DNA of 64,000 nucleotides, from positions 146,754,001 through 146,818,000 of the forward strand of contig NC_042999.1 of NCBI RefSeq assembly GCF_006345805.1. The letters are read 5' to 3'. This DNA comes from Octopus sinensis (taxonomy: Eukaryota). Below are positions 14,420 through 29,079 of this stretch, piece after piece; positions within the stretch are counted from its first letter, which is position 1, and each line of letters begins with the position of its first letter. Position numbers and translations under genes: made by a program. The notes beneath the pieces were generated by a model. That model saw only the letters and a program-made list of their open reading frames with translations. It ran no database searches and was not told the origin of the DNA.

Positions 14420-14657
14420 TTCTTTCTTTTTTCTTCTTAACTTGTTTCAGTCATTAGACTGCGGTCATGCTGGGGCACCGCCTTGATCAATCTGTTTTAG
14501 TCGACTGAATCGACCCCATGACTTATTTTTTGTTAAGCCTATGATTTATTCAATCGACCCTTTGTCGAATCGCTAAGCTACGGAGTCTTAAACACACCAA
14601 CACTGGTTGGCAAGTGATGGTAAGGGACAAGCCAAGCACAAACACAGAGACACACAC

Positions 14658-14690
<33 letters not shown>

Positions 14691-14872
14691 TGTTTATATA
14701 TATATGTATATATATATATACGACGGACTTCTTTCAGTCTCCGTCTACCAAACCCACTCACAAGGCTTTGGTCGGCCCGAGCCTATAGTAGAAGACACTT
14801 GCCCAAGATGTCATGCAGAGAAACTGGAATCGGAACCATGTGGTTAGGAATCAATCTCCTTATCCCACAGCT
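14420..14872 (-). mobile_element. octopus-type SINE with internal microsatellite
   Basis: Shares the CAGTCATT(T/A)GACTGCGG(C/T)CATGCTGG tail and GAAGACACTTGCCCAAG head with copies at 18965, 21655 and 28181. Confidence 0.8.
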
Positions 14873-14904
14873 TGAGATTAACCATTCTTATATTCTTTTC
14901 TAAT

Positions 14905-15292
14905 CTAGGCAAAAGGCCTGAAATCTTTGGGGGACGGGACCAGTGGATTGGTTCGACCCCAGTACGCAACTGGTACTTAATTAACCGACCCCGAAAGGAT
15001 GAAAGGCAAAGTTGACCTCGGCGGAATTTGAACTCAGAACGTAACGGCAGACGAAATACCTATTTCTTTATTACCCACAAGGGGCTAAACATAGAGGGGA
15101 CAAACAAGGACAGACATAGGTATTAAGTCAATTACATCGACCCCAGTGCGTAACTGGTACTTAATTTATCGACCCCGAAAGGATGAAAGGCAAAGTCGAC
15201 CTCGGCGGAATTTGAACTCAGAACGTAACGGCAGACGAAATACCGCTAAGCATTTCGCCCGGCGTGCTAACGTTTCTGCCAGCTCGCCGCCT
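14905..15292 (-). mobile_element. two tandem copies of a tRNA-derived SINE, one 5'-truncated
   Basis: Block CGACCCCGAAAGGATGAAAGGCAAAGT...GAACTCAGAACGTAACGGCAGACGAAATACC occurs at ~14985-15060 and ~15170-15243; head GGCGGCGAGCTGGCAGAAACGTTAGC lies on the minus strand. Confidence 0.8.
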
Positions 15293-16740
15293 TTAGCCAG
15301 TCTTATATTAATGATGCAACAGTATAGCACATAATTTGCTCAGCTATATTTTTGCTTCATAGAAAATCCTTGGTTGTGGTGGTTCTTTAATAAAAAGCTA
15401 AAGAAATTTTGTTTTATTTTACAAATCTTACTTCTGTTTAAAAAATAAAATATATCTATGTTTAATAATAGATAAGTAAAATTACTTTATTTTGTATTGA
15501 AATACTTTATGGTGGCTGAGGTTTAAATATACAATCCGTACAAGCTATTGAAAACACATGAGAAAAACATCTCCTTTGGAATGAATAGCTACGTCATAGA
15601 AAAAAACTACTGTCATATAAAGATAATAGGGCATGGATTTTGGACAAAATAATCGCTTCTTGCTTTCAGCTTTTAGTATAGACCTAAAAATTGCTGAAAG
15701 CAAGAAGCGGAACCATCTCAGCGAAATAAGAGGTTTCAATTACTTAGAGCAGAAACTACACATTGACATATTAACGCCGACAATGCCTTGAACTAATGAG
15801 TCACCCATTTAACTTCCTTTTCTAAATCGTACATTCCACAAGATCCTTTCTCACGAATGCTTGCAATGTATAACCAAGGTCTACCGAGGTAGATTTAATT
15901 TAGAAATAAGCTGTTCAATACATTGTGAAATAATCAATACATTGTAAAAAAATTCTTATATTAATAATCATTTTTCGATATTGCTCTCATTTAAAGTTTA
16001 CTTAAAGATATTTTTTTCAAATATCGTATAATATGCTCATGCTGGTTGCTTGGTAGAGTGTTTCGATATAATGTAAACCTCGTTTCAAGAAAATAACAAG
16101 GAAAAAAGGATAGGTACTTTATCTGTACAATCGATAAATGCCAGGTAGCAAAATACCAAACATGACATTAATAATTTCATTGATCAGACACTAGTTATGA
16201 TCAATATAATTATTAACTAAGTGAAAATTACATTAATTATGAGACGTATATGAACCGTTTACCTATCACACATCAATATTCGGAAAATGAAATTCATTAA
16301 TTATTATTGAATAAATAATTATTGAATGCAAATATTCTACAAGATTCAACAATGCTATATTTATCTATTGATCTTTCACGTGTTATACATTCACTATACA
16401 AAAAAGAACCCAGTTCATATCAATATGAAAATAGATACTTGTATAAAACTTTATACTTTGAAAGTATTCGCATACACATATAGACACGCTTGGAAAATAA
16501 ATGATAGAGTCATATTTTTATACAGTGAGGTAAATTACGTCCACGAAGACAGATCGAGCAAACCCACATATAGAACCAGTACATTATATTACGCACTTTC
16601 TTTGTGTGTGTGTGTGTGTATGTGTGTGTGTGTGTGTATGTGTGTGTATGCGTGCGTGTGCGCGCGAATCTATACATGCATGTGTATTAATATGTATATC
16701 TCAATATATTTATACGTATATATGTTCGAAGAACGTTTGC

Positions 16741-16789
<49 letters not shown>

Positions 16790-16850
16790 ATATATATATA
16801 TATCATCATTTAACGTCCGTTTTCCATGCTAGCATGGGTTGGACAAGGGC

Positions 16851-16885
<35 letters not shown>

Positions 16886-18656
16886 GTTAGTATGTATCTT
16901 TAAAATTAACTTTACTCCAATTTATGTTAGCGGAAATGGACTACATGTAGTTGTCGGCAGCTTGGTCACTACTGCCAGTTGCAGAATTAATAGCAACTCT
17001 TGCACAATATGCGTGACAGACAGTAGAAATGTCCGTTCTTTGGTTACCTACCTCAGTGAAATTTAAAACTCCAGAGAACAGTAATCAAATTTAATGTCTT
17101 ACAATGCAAAAGGAGAAGGCCTATGTGGCAGCAAAGGAAGATAAATTTTCTTTATAATAGATACACTATTAGCCTAACCTCATTTAAATTCTTGAACACG
17201 AGTTAGATGGACCAGACAAGCGTGATAACCAAATAATATCAATAAAAAACAAACTCACAACGGGAAGAAAGAATATATTCGCAGGTATTCTAGCCTCACT
17301 CAAATATCATCTGAAATATATTAACCCTTTAGCATTCATATAACTCTCTCAATATATAATATTTATTCATTCAAATAAATTGTTTTCAATCAATCACCCA
17401 TTATCTCGTAGCTTCGAGGATTCAATGATGAATTACTTATGTTGTATTACAAGGGTGACCGCCGCTGTCTAGCCTGTTTCAACAAAAAATAATGTTGAAC
17501 GTTTGAACCAGATATAACCAGCTTAAGTGCTAAATGTTTACGTGTCAACAGAAGAACGTTCGATTCATTCTTAGTTATATGTATCTACACCAAAGCTGCT
17601 TTTCACAACTTTAAAATATTACCTAATACAAGAACCTTATGTAGATGAAGGATCTCATTCCCATCCTCCAAACGGAAGTAGGAAAATATGTTTATCCTGA
17701 TTCAATCAACATGCAAATCTCGCTTTCGTTACGAACAGGGAAACATTGTATACCTAATAAGACAACACTTCACAAATGCAAATCAATACCTCATGATTTT
17801 AATATGCATAATGTTAATGTGAACTTTTCTTGCAAAGACAGTACTGCTCCATCATCGAATGATCCAAGTAGAAACAAGAAAGCCTGCATGTACGATGACT
17901 CTACGCCAATTATCCACCTGGATTTACCGAAATCAAACTACCTGCCTACTGAAAAGATTCTGCCTTTATAATCCAGTCGACGATAATACAGTCTTCTGTC
18001 TACTATATGGTATCCTGATAACCAACATAAAGTTACGGTCAATGCTACAGAATATTCCGCACTGACAATATTTCGGGTAGAGGACAGAAGAATTTTCACC
18101 TCCTTGTCGAATTTTATATGATGGTTCCACGCCCAAAGATACCCTCGCCTGTCTTAAAATTTAATGTCTCCGATAAAATAGATCACTACTCGTACGCAAC
18201 ATGCAAATATCATTATACGCAAGAAGTTGCATATAATTCAACGGGTCACTACATTCATTAATAAGAATCATTAACTTTTAACTTTATGCCAACAAGGGCG
18301 ATCACGGTTGATTTATTGTAAAGCAGACAACTTCTGGTACCATTCTATAAATCTTATAAATTTTAACAAAGATTATAGAGCAATTCAGAAGCAGGAAGTA
18401 TCGACAAGGATACGAACTCAAGCATGTGATCCGACACGACCAATGAGATCGAAACACACTCACTAACTAACCAATGGTAAACAGTCATCCATGCAATAGG
18501 CAAACTGAAGAACATTAAAAAAGAAGCATCCAGAAGATCAACAGACGGTTTTGTACCTTCTAAGATTCGCATATCTCTGAGTCAATCGGTTATGACAAAT
18601 ATATACACAAACACACACGCACGGAGAAAGTAACACATGCACACGCACATCTGTGC

Positions 18657-18705
<49 letters not shown>

Positions 18706-18964
18706 CATCAAAATACAGAACCGATGCTGCAACAGCTTGGGTTTCAGGGGACCACAGCTCTTCAATATCTTTCCTAAATGCCTGTGAGACCTGCATGGTG
18801 TGGATGTGGGTTTCTTTAAAACTAAACTGGATCTCCTCTTGTCAGGGGTTCAAGATGAACCTACCACTCTGCAGGAAACACAGATGCGAGCAGCGGCGTC
18901 GAACTCCCTTGGTAACCAAGTGCCACGTATCGGAGGTGGTTTCACATACTAGTGTAGCTCATAG

Positions 18965-19426
<462 letters not shown>

Positions 19427-19734
19427 AAAAATATTATAGATGTGCTTGTTGTAAATATAGGAAACAGCTTTTCTTTTAGAAATTTTGTACTGAATATACA
19501 AATATAATCAAGATTTATATTTTCTACCAATGTTTTCTTCCTATTTTCTTTATATTCGAGGCAGTAAATTACGTTAACATCGCTTCATTCTGAAGATGAA
19601 ATTATGAATATCTAAATGTGTTGTGGATGAATTTAGGAAATTTATTGTTTTAAAACAAACTTCAAAGAGAATATGAAAAAGAACTTTATGAAATATAATT
19701 ATAACACAGTTTTCTATTCAATAGTATACTCATC

Positions 19735-19764
19735 CATCTATCTATCTATCTATCTGTCTATCTG

Positions 19765-19835
<71 letters not shown>

Positions 19836-19856
19836 GTCTGTCTGTCTATCTGTCTG

Positions 19857-19931
<75 letters not shown>

Positions 19932-19975
19932 GTCTGTCTGTCTATCTATCTAACTATCTATCTAACTATCTATCT
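19735..19975. repeat. (TATC)n/(TGTC)n microsatellite
   Basis: Direct reading. Confidence 0.97.
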
Positions 19976-20125
19976 GGCCGTCTGTCTATCTATCTATCAA
20001 TCTATCTTTCCTATCTCTCTGTCTCTCTGTCTGTTTGTAAACGTGTTTGTACATGCATATAGATATAAAAAAATATATTTATATGCATACATATATGTGT
20101 GCATATATATATATATATATATATA

Positions 20126-20162
<37 letters not shown>

Positions 20163-20399
20163 TATATTTATATGTATATATATATTTATATGTATATATA
20201 TATACATATACATATATATATTACATATACATATATATACAATGTAAATCTAATGAAGTGAAAAATAAATCACGATATGTATATCAATTTAAAATATGCA
20301 ACGTTAATATGAATCATGTGTTTGTGCCCGTGTGTGTGAGATCCTTGTTTGCACACAGACACAGACACACACAGACACAGACGCACACAGACACACACA

Positions 20400-20441
<42 letters not shown>

Positions 20442-21224
20442 ACACACACACACACACACATATATATATAATATATATATATTACATACATACAAATATA
20501 TATATTACATACATACAAAACCTACGTACATACACACATATATCCACGCATATATGTGTATATATGTGTTTGTTTGTGAGTACACATATATATGGAAACA
20601 TTGGAATGCATACAAAGATTTGAAAAGTAGATACATTAAGAGGATTGAAACATTAAGTATATATAAAACAGGTTTTAAACATAGTTTATATGTGTTCTCA
20701 TAAGAATATAGTAAACATGTATAAATCATTTCCTCAGAAGCAGCTGCACATTAAATGAGAATTTCTTAGTTTGATATCTGAAATAATGCATTTTATTATT
20801 TTTAAAAAATGTTCGAAAATTAATATGTAGGAATATAATTAATGACATTAGCAGAAATGGCATTAACGGTAGTCTTTTACAACTTGCGTTTATTCTTTCA
20901 GTTCTACAGCATCCACCACTATATTTCATTTCGTCTTTCTCTTTTGCCATATTCTTCTCATATTAAACTCATATTAAAACCCATAATTTTGAATATCCCG
21001 TCTGTTTACTACTGACATACTCATACAGATTCACAGCCGCGAGCACGCCCACAGACACATACAATCAGATGTGTGTGTGTGTGTGTGTGTGCGTGAGTTT
21101 CTATGAATGTATATGTGTGGGTTTCTGCGTGTATGTATGCTAGGTTGCATATCTGGATGTGTGTGTATGTATTATGTATGTATTATGTATGTATGTTTGT
21201 GTGTGTGCGTGCATTGCCCAAACG

Positions 21225-21590
21225 AACATAACATTGGCTTCAAATTTCATCCAAGGCTAGGACCAGAGGCCATAGTCCGTTATCCAATTTAGGATCACAA
21301 CACATAACTACACTGCAACATAATTTCTTTTCCCAGCAGGCCCTGCCCAAAACAGATTAAAGAGGAAAATGATCCCATCACCTTTAAACAGAATCTGGAC
21401 AAATTTCTTCAAAGAATACAAGATAAGCCACCTATACCTGGATACAACTCACTCAACAAGAACTCCCCACAAAACCTGACTTTAAAAGGATTTACATTAT
21501 CCTATCAGGTGGTGCTATTAAGTTAGATAGGGTCTGAACCAATATTTGGTCGAAACATATCTAAGTTTTATCTAAGTTTATATTTATATA
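21225..21590 (+). mobile_element. 3' end of a CR1-type LINE
   Basis: Translated FKFHPRLG and FKQNLDKFLQRIQDKPPIPGYNSLNKNS (CR1-like ORF2 C-terminus); ends in a short tandem ATCTAAGTTT tail. Confidence 0.65.
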
Positions 21591-21654
21591 TATATATACA
21601 TACATACATCAAATTTTATAATTACGAGTATAATTATAATTGTTTCTAGCTACG

Positions 21655-21712
21655 CATGGCCTCGGTCTTGTGAGTGGATTTGGTAGACGGAAACTGAAAA
21701 GAGCCCGTCGTA

Positions 21713-21756
<44 letters not shown>

Positions 21757-21992
21757 ATATATAAGTATGTGTATGTAAATGTTTGTTAATCTGTGTTTGT
21801 CGCCCCAACATCACTTGACAACCGATGCTGGTGTGTTTACGTCCCTGTCAGCTAGCGGTTCGGCAAAAGGGACCGATAGAATAAGTACTAGGCTTACAAA
21901 TAATAAGTCCTGGGGTCGATTTGCTCGACTAAAGGCGGTGCTCCAGCATGGTCACAGTCAAATGACTGCAACAAGTAAAAGAGTAAAAGAGA
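21655..21992 (+). mobile_element. 5'-truncated octopus-type SINE with internal (TA)n
   Basis: Same body and tail as 18965-19426. Confidence 0.8.
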
Positions 21993-22059
21993 GTAACAAA
22001 AAAACTGGAAAATTTTAAATCAAATACATATTACCTTAAAACATCTAATCAACTATATT

Positions 22060-22343
22060 CTGAATTTTCTGAAAGTAAGGAACGGTTTCAAGCGCTTACA
22101 AATTTAAACTTTCTACATAATATAAAATTGCCTGGAGAAAACAAATCAAGTGAAAAGAAAGCTGCTCAAAGTCTGATGTCACAATTAACGAAATTAATTG
22201 AAGAATGTTCACATTTTTAAAACACATGTCTGATATTGATGAAATCCTTGCTGTAAGAAAGAAATTCCTAAAAAAAAAGTTTTTATATCAAGAATAAAAA
22301 ATGGAGGCCGATTCAAAATATCAAATTTCATTATTATTATTAC

Positions 22344-22392
<49 letters not shown>

Positions 22393-23390
22393 GAGTGAGA
22401 GAGTAGATCATGCCATCAAAGTGACACTGGGGTAAAATATACGAAGCCCAATATACCCATCATGACTACCCGTCTGATAAGGGTACACCAGGCACATGCA
22501 TCACAACCATATGTGCGCGACATGGTGAACTCATATCAAGATAAACAGCACATGACCTTGCAGGTGGGGCCCAGTTAGAAATTTCTTCAGGTTGAGTAGC
22601 CCATCCTGCTCAAAAGGTCCCTGAATAAGGGTTGTTTAAGGATGTTGAAAGAACCACCCATGTTTCCAGAGGTAAATTATTCAAACCCCAAAGAATCCCT
22701 CTCAACACATGGCTATGATGCTCCCCCACTACTTCTGCTCGTGATCAGAGATGCACATATCGTCAGCCACTAAGGGACATGCTTAACTGGTTAAGGTCAA
22801 ACAACTGACAAGCAAATCTGTGGTATTGAGCAGAATATTTGCTGTAGCCCATCTTTTATACCATTTATTATTATTATTATTATTATGCAGTATTGTATTA
22901 GATGAAGCGAATGTTAATTAACAAGGCCCTTAATCCGTGTGCAGTAACAAAATTGAATAAAGTACTCGCCACGTTTATTGGCGTGCAAATATATAATCAT
23001 GGATGACTGCTATAATATTCGAAACAGGTTTCATCAAATCCTGGTGCCTGAAGCTGAAATTCATCCAAAACAAGATATTGATTTGAAAATTGCATTAGTA
23101 ATTGATGACGCTTCATCACTTCCATACAACCTAGAACACCGTAACGTTAAAGTTTTGTTCTGCGCCATTTATCCTACCATTACATGAATGCAAAATTTGT
23201 AAAGTGTAGAAAAATTATATTAAACACATGGACAATACATTGCTGGATGTTATGGAAGAAAATCAGCTTACTGTTCCAGAGGTATGGACAGAATTTAATA
23301 TTTTGCATTGTTTGGAGAGAATTTCAACCGCAATTCGTGAAATCAAGAAAACCACATTAAATGCCTATTGGAAGGCCGTTTTTTCTTGAT
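22060..23390 (+). pseudogene. Tigger/pogo-type DDE transposase remnant, interrupted by a repeat at 22393-22862
   Basis: LHNIKLPGENKSSEKKAAQSLMSQLTKLIEE (22110-22205); DLKIALVIDDASSLPYNLEHRNVKVLF (DDE_1 'LLILDNAPGHP' block); LTVPEVWTEFNILHCLERISTAIREIKKTTLNAYWK. Confidence 0.75.
22393..22862 (+). mobile_element. (ATT)n-associated ~500-bp dispersed repeat, copy 1
   Basis: Starts GAGTGAGAGAG...CATGCCATCAAAGTGACACTGGGG directly after (ATT)n; four other copies are in the window. Confidence 0.85.
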
Positions 23391-24420
23391 TTGTTTCTGA
23401 ATGATGATGATGCCGAACGAAGAAAAATATAATCTCAGACAAAATAAATACCGCGCATTCAATAGAAGGTGAAGGATACAACGATTGAACTATAAAAGAA
23501 ATTTGGGAATTTTTTGTGGGATATGAATTGAATAAAATAGATTTAGCTAAAGTGATTATCACAGTTCCAAATGACGAAAACTAGTCTGATGCTAAAGAAA
23601 CGAACTGTAATTACAGCAAAAACTTTTAAAGAGGGACTAAAAATTTTAAGAAATCAGACAACTCATTTCATTGACACAGATAGTAACACGGAATTCAGTT
23701 TGAAATCACGAAGAGATAAAACAATACTATAGAGTGCCATACAAATAATTCTACCAGGATGTGAAAGAGCCTAAAATTCCATAGTACATGACTGAGATGG
23801 CGGTATAGAACGCAAAAGAAGCAAGAAATACAAACCATAATTTGTTATTTGGAGAATTTTAATATTTTAGTGCGGTTCGTTGCACGTGTATTCAAGGTTT
23901 TAAATATAATTGCTTTTAAGGAAAAAATTATATAGTAATTTTCATATACGAACAGAGAACCTTTTTCGTTACGGTCCATTGAGTATATTTCTTTTCTTTT
24001 CCGTTCACTAGGTTTTAGTTGATGAACGAATTCCTATGCTACTGCATCGAATAGCTTCATTTTAAAGCTTTTCAGTCTTTGGCGGTGCATTTATTTCTCG
24101 TCAGTGGAGTTCACTTCATTCTTCATTGTTTTGTGTTCTGTTTAGCTTTGACTCACTGGTAACAAGTGCAATTATGCATACACATAAATACATAGGTACA
24201 TTACATACGTAATACATACATATATACATATATACACACACACATATATATATATATAAATAACTATATATATATATGTGTGTGTGTGATATATATATAT
24301 GCACACACACAAACAAACATAAATATATAAATATTCACTCTTCTCGTAACAACGTTACGAAATTTTAAGTAGCAAAGGGTGGAGAGGAATTAGTTTAAAT
24401 AATAATAATAATAATAATAA

Positions 24421-24831
24421 TTGTCAGTTGTTTGGGAGGCTCTCGTGGCTTCTGATCTTAACTGATCGGAAGTGTTATCGTGTACATTGTTTTGAAGTGG
24501 CATAAAAGATGGGCTACAGCAAATATTCTGCTCAATACCATAGATTTGCCTGTCAGTTGTTTGACCTTAATCAGTTGAGCATGCCCCTTAGTAGCTGACG
24601 ATATGTGCATCTCTGATCACGAGCAGAAGTAGTGGGGGAGCATCATAGCCATGTGTTGAGAGAGATTCTTTGGCATTTGAATAATTCACCTCTGGAAACA
24701 TGGGTGTTTCATTCAACATCCTTAAACAACCCTTAATTCAGGGACCTTTTGAGCGGGATGGGTTACTTGATTAGAAGAAAATTCTAACTGGGCCCCCATC
24801 TGCAAGGTGGAATGCACTGCACTCTCACTCA
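24421..24831 (-). mobile_element. (ATT)n-associated repeat, copy 2 (internally deleted)
   Basis: Reverse complement of copy 1, lacking the segment between GCACTGC and CTGCAAGGT; (AAT)n on both sides. Confidence 0.85.
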
Positions 24832-25885
24832 TTAATAATAATAATGATACATATGCGCACACAAAATTTTTACAGAATAATCCTCAACTTCTTTTCTAAT
24901 TTTGGTGTTTCCTAACGTTGCCTCTTTACTCAGCTGATCTATGAAAACCTTGTTGCAACTTCTGTCTTCCTTGAAGTTATAACGCAATGCGGACTACTTA
25001 TTTCAATACGATCCTTTGTAAGATTTCAATTGGGATTTCAGAACAATATAGTTTGTTCTTTCTAGCACATTGTGGAGAAACATGCTATTTTGTTTCTAGA
25101 GTGCAGTAATTCATGAGCGAATTAAATTCACCTTTAAATTTATTAGTCGTTGGGAAACTTAATATTATTGCTGCCCACAACGAAGTGCGTGAATCTATGA
25201 CCAATTCGCTAACGTCAGCGACAGTAGTTCGAGAATCAAGGGACGATATTCGAATATGATAAATTAAAACGTCGTATATTTAGAGAGAACAGTTGCAGCA
25301 AATTTCCCAGCGGCGAGGAAAACTCTTTCAAGTGTACACCCCCTCATTAGTTGTTACTTTAATAACTTTAACATTAGGTTCGTGAACAATAACGCCCATA
25401 CTCAATTAATCAACGCTTGTAGGCGTAAACCACCTAAAGACTAAAAGATATTAAAAGGCCACTTTTGTCGCTACACTAATTAAACATTTTGCTGGTTACA
25501 TTACACAGACAGTGACAAAATAACTTTCGTACACTTCATGCTAGCAGACGTAAAACGACAACAAACTGTCTGGTGTCTTCGATCTCACAGCAAATAAAAT
25601 TCTCAGAAAAGTATTGAACTCTCTAATTAAACATTTGCTTCGTCTATGTATGGTGTTAATGAGCGTCTATATGTTTTATACCCGATATGATTATTATGAA
25701 TAAATATCGAACAATGTGTAAATTTAATTCTTATTTATGTATTGTATCCACTCGGATCTACCAAATATATGCTCAAATATTATCAAATTGTTTATGATAT
25801 CTGTAATCAAATAAATATTAAAGAAATGATTAAAATGCAAAATATATCACCACCTGAATCTATTGCATGTATATATGCATGTATG

Positions 25886-25962
<77 letters not shown>

Positions 25963-26150
25963 TATATATATATATATGTATGTATCCATAGCTATATTTT
26001 TATATTGTTCTACGTGTTGATGTTGTTGTTTCTGGTCGGGTGCACTCATAGTTGAGCTTCTCACCTTATAGCTTCATTAGAACTTCAAAAGTGAAGTGCA
26101 ATTTATTTGTCAAGCCATATACATACATACATACATATATATACATATAC

Positions 26151-26183
<33 letters not shown>

Positions 26184-26224
26184 TATGCATATATATATAT
26201 ACATATACATATATATATATATAG

Positions 26225-26267
<43 letters not shown>

Positions 26268-26287
26268 TATGCATATATATATACATA

Positions 26288-27000
26288 TATTGGGCTGGCA
26301 ACTAAATTATCACCGTTATATTAAATTTTGGAATTTATTGTATTTTTATATTTTGGAATCTATTTTTTTTCGATAATTCTCTTTTGAATCATTTTGAAAT
26401 CATTTTTTTGTTTCTAGTTAATTTCAGTGTTAATTTTTGTTTATTTTCAGATCCTTAAAATGGAATGAATGACGAGAAAAACGAGCATTTTCGAAACCCC
26501 CTTCTTTTCGCTTCTAATCAAGGTTCTAAGGCTGCAAAAGCTGCTCGCGACATTTGTGCTGTGTATTAAGAGGGTGCCATAGCTGAAAGAACCACTTGTG
26601 ATTGGTATACCAAGTTCATAATGGAAATTCTGACCTCAAAGACGCACCTCGTTTTGGCCGTCCAGTTAAGTTCGATGAAGGGCGATTGAACCAACGTTTG
26701 CGCGAAAATTCTCGTCTGACAACAAGGCAACCTGCAGAGAAAAGGGAATGCTCCCACACTGCTATAGAGGAGCATCTTCACTCGAAGGGAAAGGTTCAGA
26801 AGTATGGGGCATGGGTTTAAGTGACAACAACAAAAATCAACGAGCCACAATCTCCGCTGGTTTGCTTGCTCACCACCGCTCAATTCATGGACACAAGCAA
26901 CGATTTCGTTGCCGAATCTTTACTTGCGACGAAAAATGGTGCTTGTACATCAATATAAAGCAGCGTAAGGAATGGATTAGCCCGGTAAACAAGCGACACC
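26288..27000 (+). mobile_element. mariner element, 5' part with frameshifted transposase
   Basis: Left TIR-like TATTGGGCTGGCAACTAA; translated DLKDAPRFGRP, GKVQKYGAWV and RIFTCDEKWCLYINIKQRKEWISP (TGDEKW first catalytic Asp). Truncated at ~27000. Confidence 0.9.
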
Positions 27001-27780
27001 TGTGTGGTGAATAAATGAAAATAACAACAACATTTAATTTTAACAGATATATTTACCAAAATTACATAAGAACATCTTCAAATACTAAAGAGTAAATTTA
27101 TTAAATAAAATCGCAATTGGCTTTAACCACGGTCTCCAGACGACTTCTGAATCTTCTCTTCTGAGAGGTCCCCTTGTTTAAGTTGGTGAATGCCACCATA
27201 ATCCTTGCATTCAGTTCAGCTTTGATGTTACTAGGGTCTCTCACTAAACTACAAACCACATATAATAGTCAAGGGGGTTGCAGTCTGTGGAGTTAGGTGA
27301 CAAGATGTTATGGGTGATGTGGTCGCAGAAATTATCTGACAGCCATAACTGGATTCTCCTTCTTGTGTAGCATGAAGCAGAGTATTTTTACCAGACATAG
27401 GGTCTTCCAGTAGTCAGCCTCTTCACACAGGGCAGTACTTCCTTCACCAGGCACTTGATGTAGGCCTCCGTGTAGCGTGTGAGACCATGTGGTAGGAGGC
27501 TTGGTGGCATAACGTCGCCATCACTGGTGATCATACCGAACACAATGTTGTTGAGTGGATGTTTGATTTTTATCACTGTCGGTATATATCCAATCATTCT
27601 GAAATGTTGTTTCCAGTACAGCATGTTGTTTCCAAATATCTAGCAGAGTGAACTGCGTCATGGTGCTGATTTTCTCAAAGATGGTGCCCAACTGACTCTT
27701 CTATACTGTGTAGTAAACAAAATAAAAAACAAACAAATTCAGAATATAAAATGGCGATAATTTAACCATCGCACCCTATA
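27000..27780 (-). mobile_element. decayed IS630-Tc1-mariner (maT/DD37D-like) element
   Basis: ORF 27388-27624 reads KHP..IVFGMITSDGDVMPP...EAYIKCL..VLPCVKRLTTGRPYVW, followed by WLSDNFCDHI and NSTDCNPLDYYMW. TIR-like TATAGGGTGCGATGGTTAAATTATCGCCAT at 27780-27750. Confidence 0.85.
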
Positions 27781-27805
27781 TGTGTTTGTGTGTATATATA
27801 TATAT

Positions 27806-28117
27806 CACCATCATCATCATCATCACGTGACCGACCAGTCCATCAGATGTAGTTACACATCGCTGGTCACAATGCGTTCGCATTGTTTTAGCCTTCAAAT
27901 GACGCCACTCCGCTGGCTAAGCGAGCAGGCCAACAGAAGAAAGAGTGGGAGAAAGAGTGGTGAAAGAGTACAGCAGGGATCACCACCCCCTGCCGGAGCT
28001 TCGTGGAGCTTTTAGGTGTTTTCGCTCAGTAAACACTCACAACGCCCGGTCTGGGAATCGAAACCGCGATCCTACGACCGAGAGTCCGCTGCCCTAACCA
28101 CTAGGCCATTGCGCCTC
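27806..28117 (-). mobile_element. tRNA-derived SINE with (GAT)n tail
   Basis: Minus-strand head GAGGCGCAATGGCCTAGTGGTTAGGGCAGCGGAC...GGTTTCGATTCCC has clear A and B boxes. Confidence 0.85.
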
Positions 28118-28132
28118 ACACACACACATACA

Positions 28133-28170
<38 letters not shown>

Positions 28171-28180
28171 AGACATATAC

Positions 28181-28595
28181 TCTTTTTTACTCTTTTACTT
28201 GTTTCAGTCATTTGACTGCGGCCATGCTGGAAGCTACCGCCTTTAGTCGACCAAATCGACCCCGGGACTTATTCTTTGTAAGCCCAGTACTTATTCTATC
28301 GGTCTCTTTTGCCGAACCGCTAAGTGACGGGGAACGTTTAACACACCAGCATCGGTTGTCAAGCAATGCTAGGGGGAGAAGAAACACAGACACACAAACA
28401 CACCACAACACATATATATATATAATACATATACGACAGGCTTCTTTCAGTTTCCGTCTACAAATCCACTCACAAGGCATTGGTCGGCCCGGGGCTATAG
28501 CAGAAGACACTTGCCCAAGATGCCACGCAGTGGGACTGAACCCGGAACCATGTGGTTGGTTAGCAAGCTACTTACCACACAGCCCCTCCTGCGCC
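28181..28595 (-). mobile_element. near full-length octopus-type SINE with internal (CA)/(TA) microsatellite
   Basis: Minus-strand head GCGCAGGAGGGGCTGTGTGGTAAGTAGC...GGTTCAGTCCC; tail GACTGAAACAAGTAAAAGAG. Confidence 0.85.
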
Positions 28596-28851
28596 ATATA
28601 TACATATGAGCATGTGTGTGTGTGTGTAAATGTAAATGCCCTCTGGAATATAATCGCATTTCCTCTTTGAAACATCGATAAGCTGCACAAGTATTTCGCA
28701 ATGAGAGCATGCCACCTCATTGCAGAAAAGCTGGAAGCTAATAAAGTTCAGTACATAATTTCTTATTCCCTGGTCATTTTAAGTTCTTCTCTTTCTCTTT
28801 TTCTTTCTTTCACTCTGTGTGTATACATACATAAATACATATATATACATA

Positions 28852-28883
<32 letters not shown>

Positions 28884-29079
28884 ACATGTGTATTTGTTTG
28901 CATAAGTGTGTGTGTATGTGTACGCAAAGATGCATTGTCTAGTAGGCGATAAGCATAATATTCAATGCAAAGCATAGGAAACGGTCGATATAGTTGCGGA
29001 TTATAGTGGGGACAAATAGATAAAGATTATGTCACCTGAAACAAAGTCATTTTTAACTTTCAAGGAGTTTGGAAGAACT

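Noticed and set aside
18050-18180. Minus-strand IRQGG..S.VLY as a LINE RT motif
   Set aside because: A single short motif without convincing flanking RT blocks.
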